A stretch of DNA of 64,000 bases from Takakia lepidozioides. Lineage: Eukaryota > Plantae > Bryophyta. The notes beneath the pieces were generated by a model. That model searched no databases. It was not told where the DNA came from and saw only the letters and a program-made list of their open reading frames with translations. The DNA lies in NCBI GenBank assembly GCA_030704615.1, contig CM060734.1, positions 56,358,001-56,422,000 on the forward strand, in the 5' to 3' direction. The position numbers were made by a program, and so were the translations under genes. This document shows, one piece after another, positions 62,201 through 64,000 of the stretch (position 1 is its first letter; each line of letters opens with the position of its first letter).

Positions 62201-64000
62201 TCTGTGCTACTTGCATCTTACTCACTTCACGCTTTGGTGGGTTGGGATTTATCTCCTGTTTAACAAGTACACGAAATATGTGCTTATGGAAGGAAATCAC
62301 CTGAGCGGTATTCCAGACTATCTTGACATGTGGTCGGACCCTACAAACGATCCAACCAAGTATACTGCAGGGATATTGAAGGACTGGAGTCCTTCTCACT
62401 TCAGAGACTGTGGCTGGTACCTTGACTGCCCACCGGAGCACACGACCTTTCAAGAACAACACATGAAATATTTGAACAATAATGTTGAGATGTTGGCGCC
62501 TCTGACTGACGAGCAGTACCAAAGAAACATAGCAACATTGGCTGCCAAGGAGCCTGATGCTCAGGAAACGCCGCAGAAGGGAAAGAAGGCGGGCCGCAAA
62601 CCAAAAGACAAGGCTCTTGATGTCATAGCCATCTCACCAGCAAAGCCAAAGGACAAAGACAAGTCCAAAGAGAAGGAGAAGGAAAAGGACAAGGGGAAGG
62701 AGAAAGAAAAGGAGACGGAGAAGAAAAAGGAGAGTGGGCAGGACTTCACTGCTGGAAGATATACCCGCACAGTTCAGTGCGTGTTCGATGCCAAGCCACA
62801 CCCTTCCCGTTCTGATTCGGCAGGAGAGATTAAAATTGTCAATGAGGGTTGGCTGGCGATGATGTAGAGTCGAAAGAGAGGATACACTGGGGTGCCTTCG
62901 CCTACCTGGGACAACATAATCTCATTCCTCAATCTGGTGAGAATTCCAATTTCTTTCCTTTTTCTCTGAAAGTTTCATTGGCAGTATTTCAGTCTGGTTC
63001 TTTGAAAACATTCTTGCCATCGTTCTTAAAATAAATATGTCTGTTGCAGGTGAGCACTGGTCCCACCTTCGTGTGCGGTGTGCAGAAAACATATGCGGCT
63101 GACATTGTCATTCTCGACATCCCGGATGGCCAGGCTGTGCCAGAAGTTCTTCCAAAGGGCAAGACACCAGGCTGGAACAAATTCGAGGACAACTACTGGA
63201 GTTGGGTGTCCGGGTTCTGTAATAATTTCCTTTTCTGATGCAGGGACACTTCTGCTTTTTCAGTCATGTGACAAAGATAGTCGTCGGGCATTGGCATCAT
63301 ACCTGAAGTCTTCAAGGTTTGAAGTTTTGCGCACATGGAATTGTGTTAACAGCCTCTACCTTGTGAAAGGGGGTTTCCCTGGTCAGCTGGTATGTCGTCT
63401 CCCTTCTGCTTGTGCTTTCATGATGAGTTCAATGTTCTCTGCAGCTCCACTCTAGAAGAATCTGTCAAGATCGACACCGATCATCCCCGATTCGTGATAA
63501 AAATGATTGTTTTATGCCTGAGTTCTGAATAGCCGATGTACACACTTCCACTATAGATTGTGTTTACCACACTAACCTGCTATCTTTGGTAAACGAGGAT
63601 GTTCGAGGCGATCTACCTGTGGAGGATTCGCACCTCAAAGACACCATCCTCCATCCGCAGCTTTGAGATTTCTGACCAGGGTTGTTTTGTCAACCCCCCC
63701 CTATGAGCCCCATGTCGATGACATTTTGTACAACTTCATGCAGTCTAGTCAGACTCTGAAGAGACCAGATGGCACTCCTTGGAGAGGTGCAAAGGAAAAA
63801 TCCCCAGCGTTCATGCAAATACTGCTGGAGCCCCCCCCCCCCACCAAACTGTTCATGTCCTCATGTCTGGTGCAGGAGCAACTTGCCATGCATGCAAGGC
63901 AGGCGGAAGAAGCCTTTTTGGCATGGAGGGTGATTCTGACCTCTACAACACAGTGCTCCTCCCCCTTTTGTCTGGCTCCACTTTAGGCACACAGACTGAT
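59295..64000 (+). pseudogene. Multi-exon gene ending in a beta-class DNA amino-methyltransferase (N4C/N6A)-like domain; disabled, runs off the window
   Basis: Exon-like segments near 59295-59600, 60245-60454, 60539-60975, 61061-61288, 62230-62880, 63050-63390, 63600-63830 and 63876-64000. Motif IV-like ADIVILDIPDG, then FL.DAGTLLLF, PWRGAKEKSPAFMQILLE and GATCHACKAGGRSLFGMEGD. Frameshifts present; the first half of motif I appears missing. Confidence 0.65.
61368..62142. repeat. Intronic array of GAATGTCG-TTGA-CGACATTC palindromes in a ~320-bp tandem unit
   Basis: Eight copies (near 61370, 61492, 61603, 61698, 61812, 61919, 62014, 62122). Confidence 0.88.

Noticed and set aside
63685-63706. 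FVNPPY as the methyltransferase catalytic motif IV
   Set aside because: Needs a frameshift in a poly-C run and lies in the expected variable region; DIVILDIPDG at ~63100-63130 fits the beta-class motif order better.

Overview
Eukaryotic land-plant nuclear DNA. A bryophyte/moss origin is inferred from the spliceosomal introns, the GT34/IQD/PPR/cpSRP54 sequences and the self-priming chromoviral retroelement. Three apparently intact host genes are present: an intronless CtvD/AurD-like membrane protein (491-1477), a 2-exon GT34 glycosyltransferase (20890-22418) and an unknown 3-exon gene (27874-29161). The rest is mostly decayed mobile DNA. At 3.8-12.5 kb, two dead Ty3/gypsy chromovirus copies lie head-to-head, with a self-priming-type PBS and shared stop codons. 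Main finding 1: a 16.5-kb unit (33438-49959) flanked by an exact 8-bp duplication (CCGTATGG), with mirror-image hairpin arrays and inward-facing TATA boxes. It carries a hAT transposase, a RAG1/Transib-like transposase, a BAH-like gene, a kinase-like gene and captured host exons. Main finding 2: a region from about 50.3 kb to the window end that combines a MULE-type transposase N-terminus, duplicated unknown genes and a spliced beta-class DNA amino-methyltransferase-like gene, with families of short palindromes throughout. All protein family calls come from motif recognition by eye, not from database searches.
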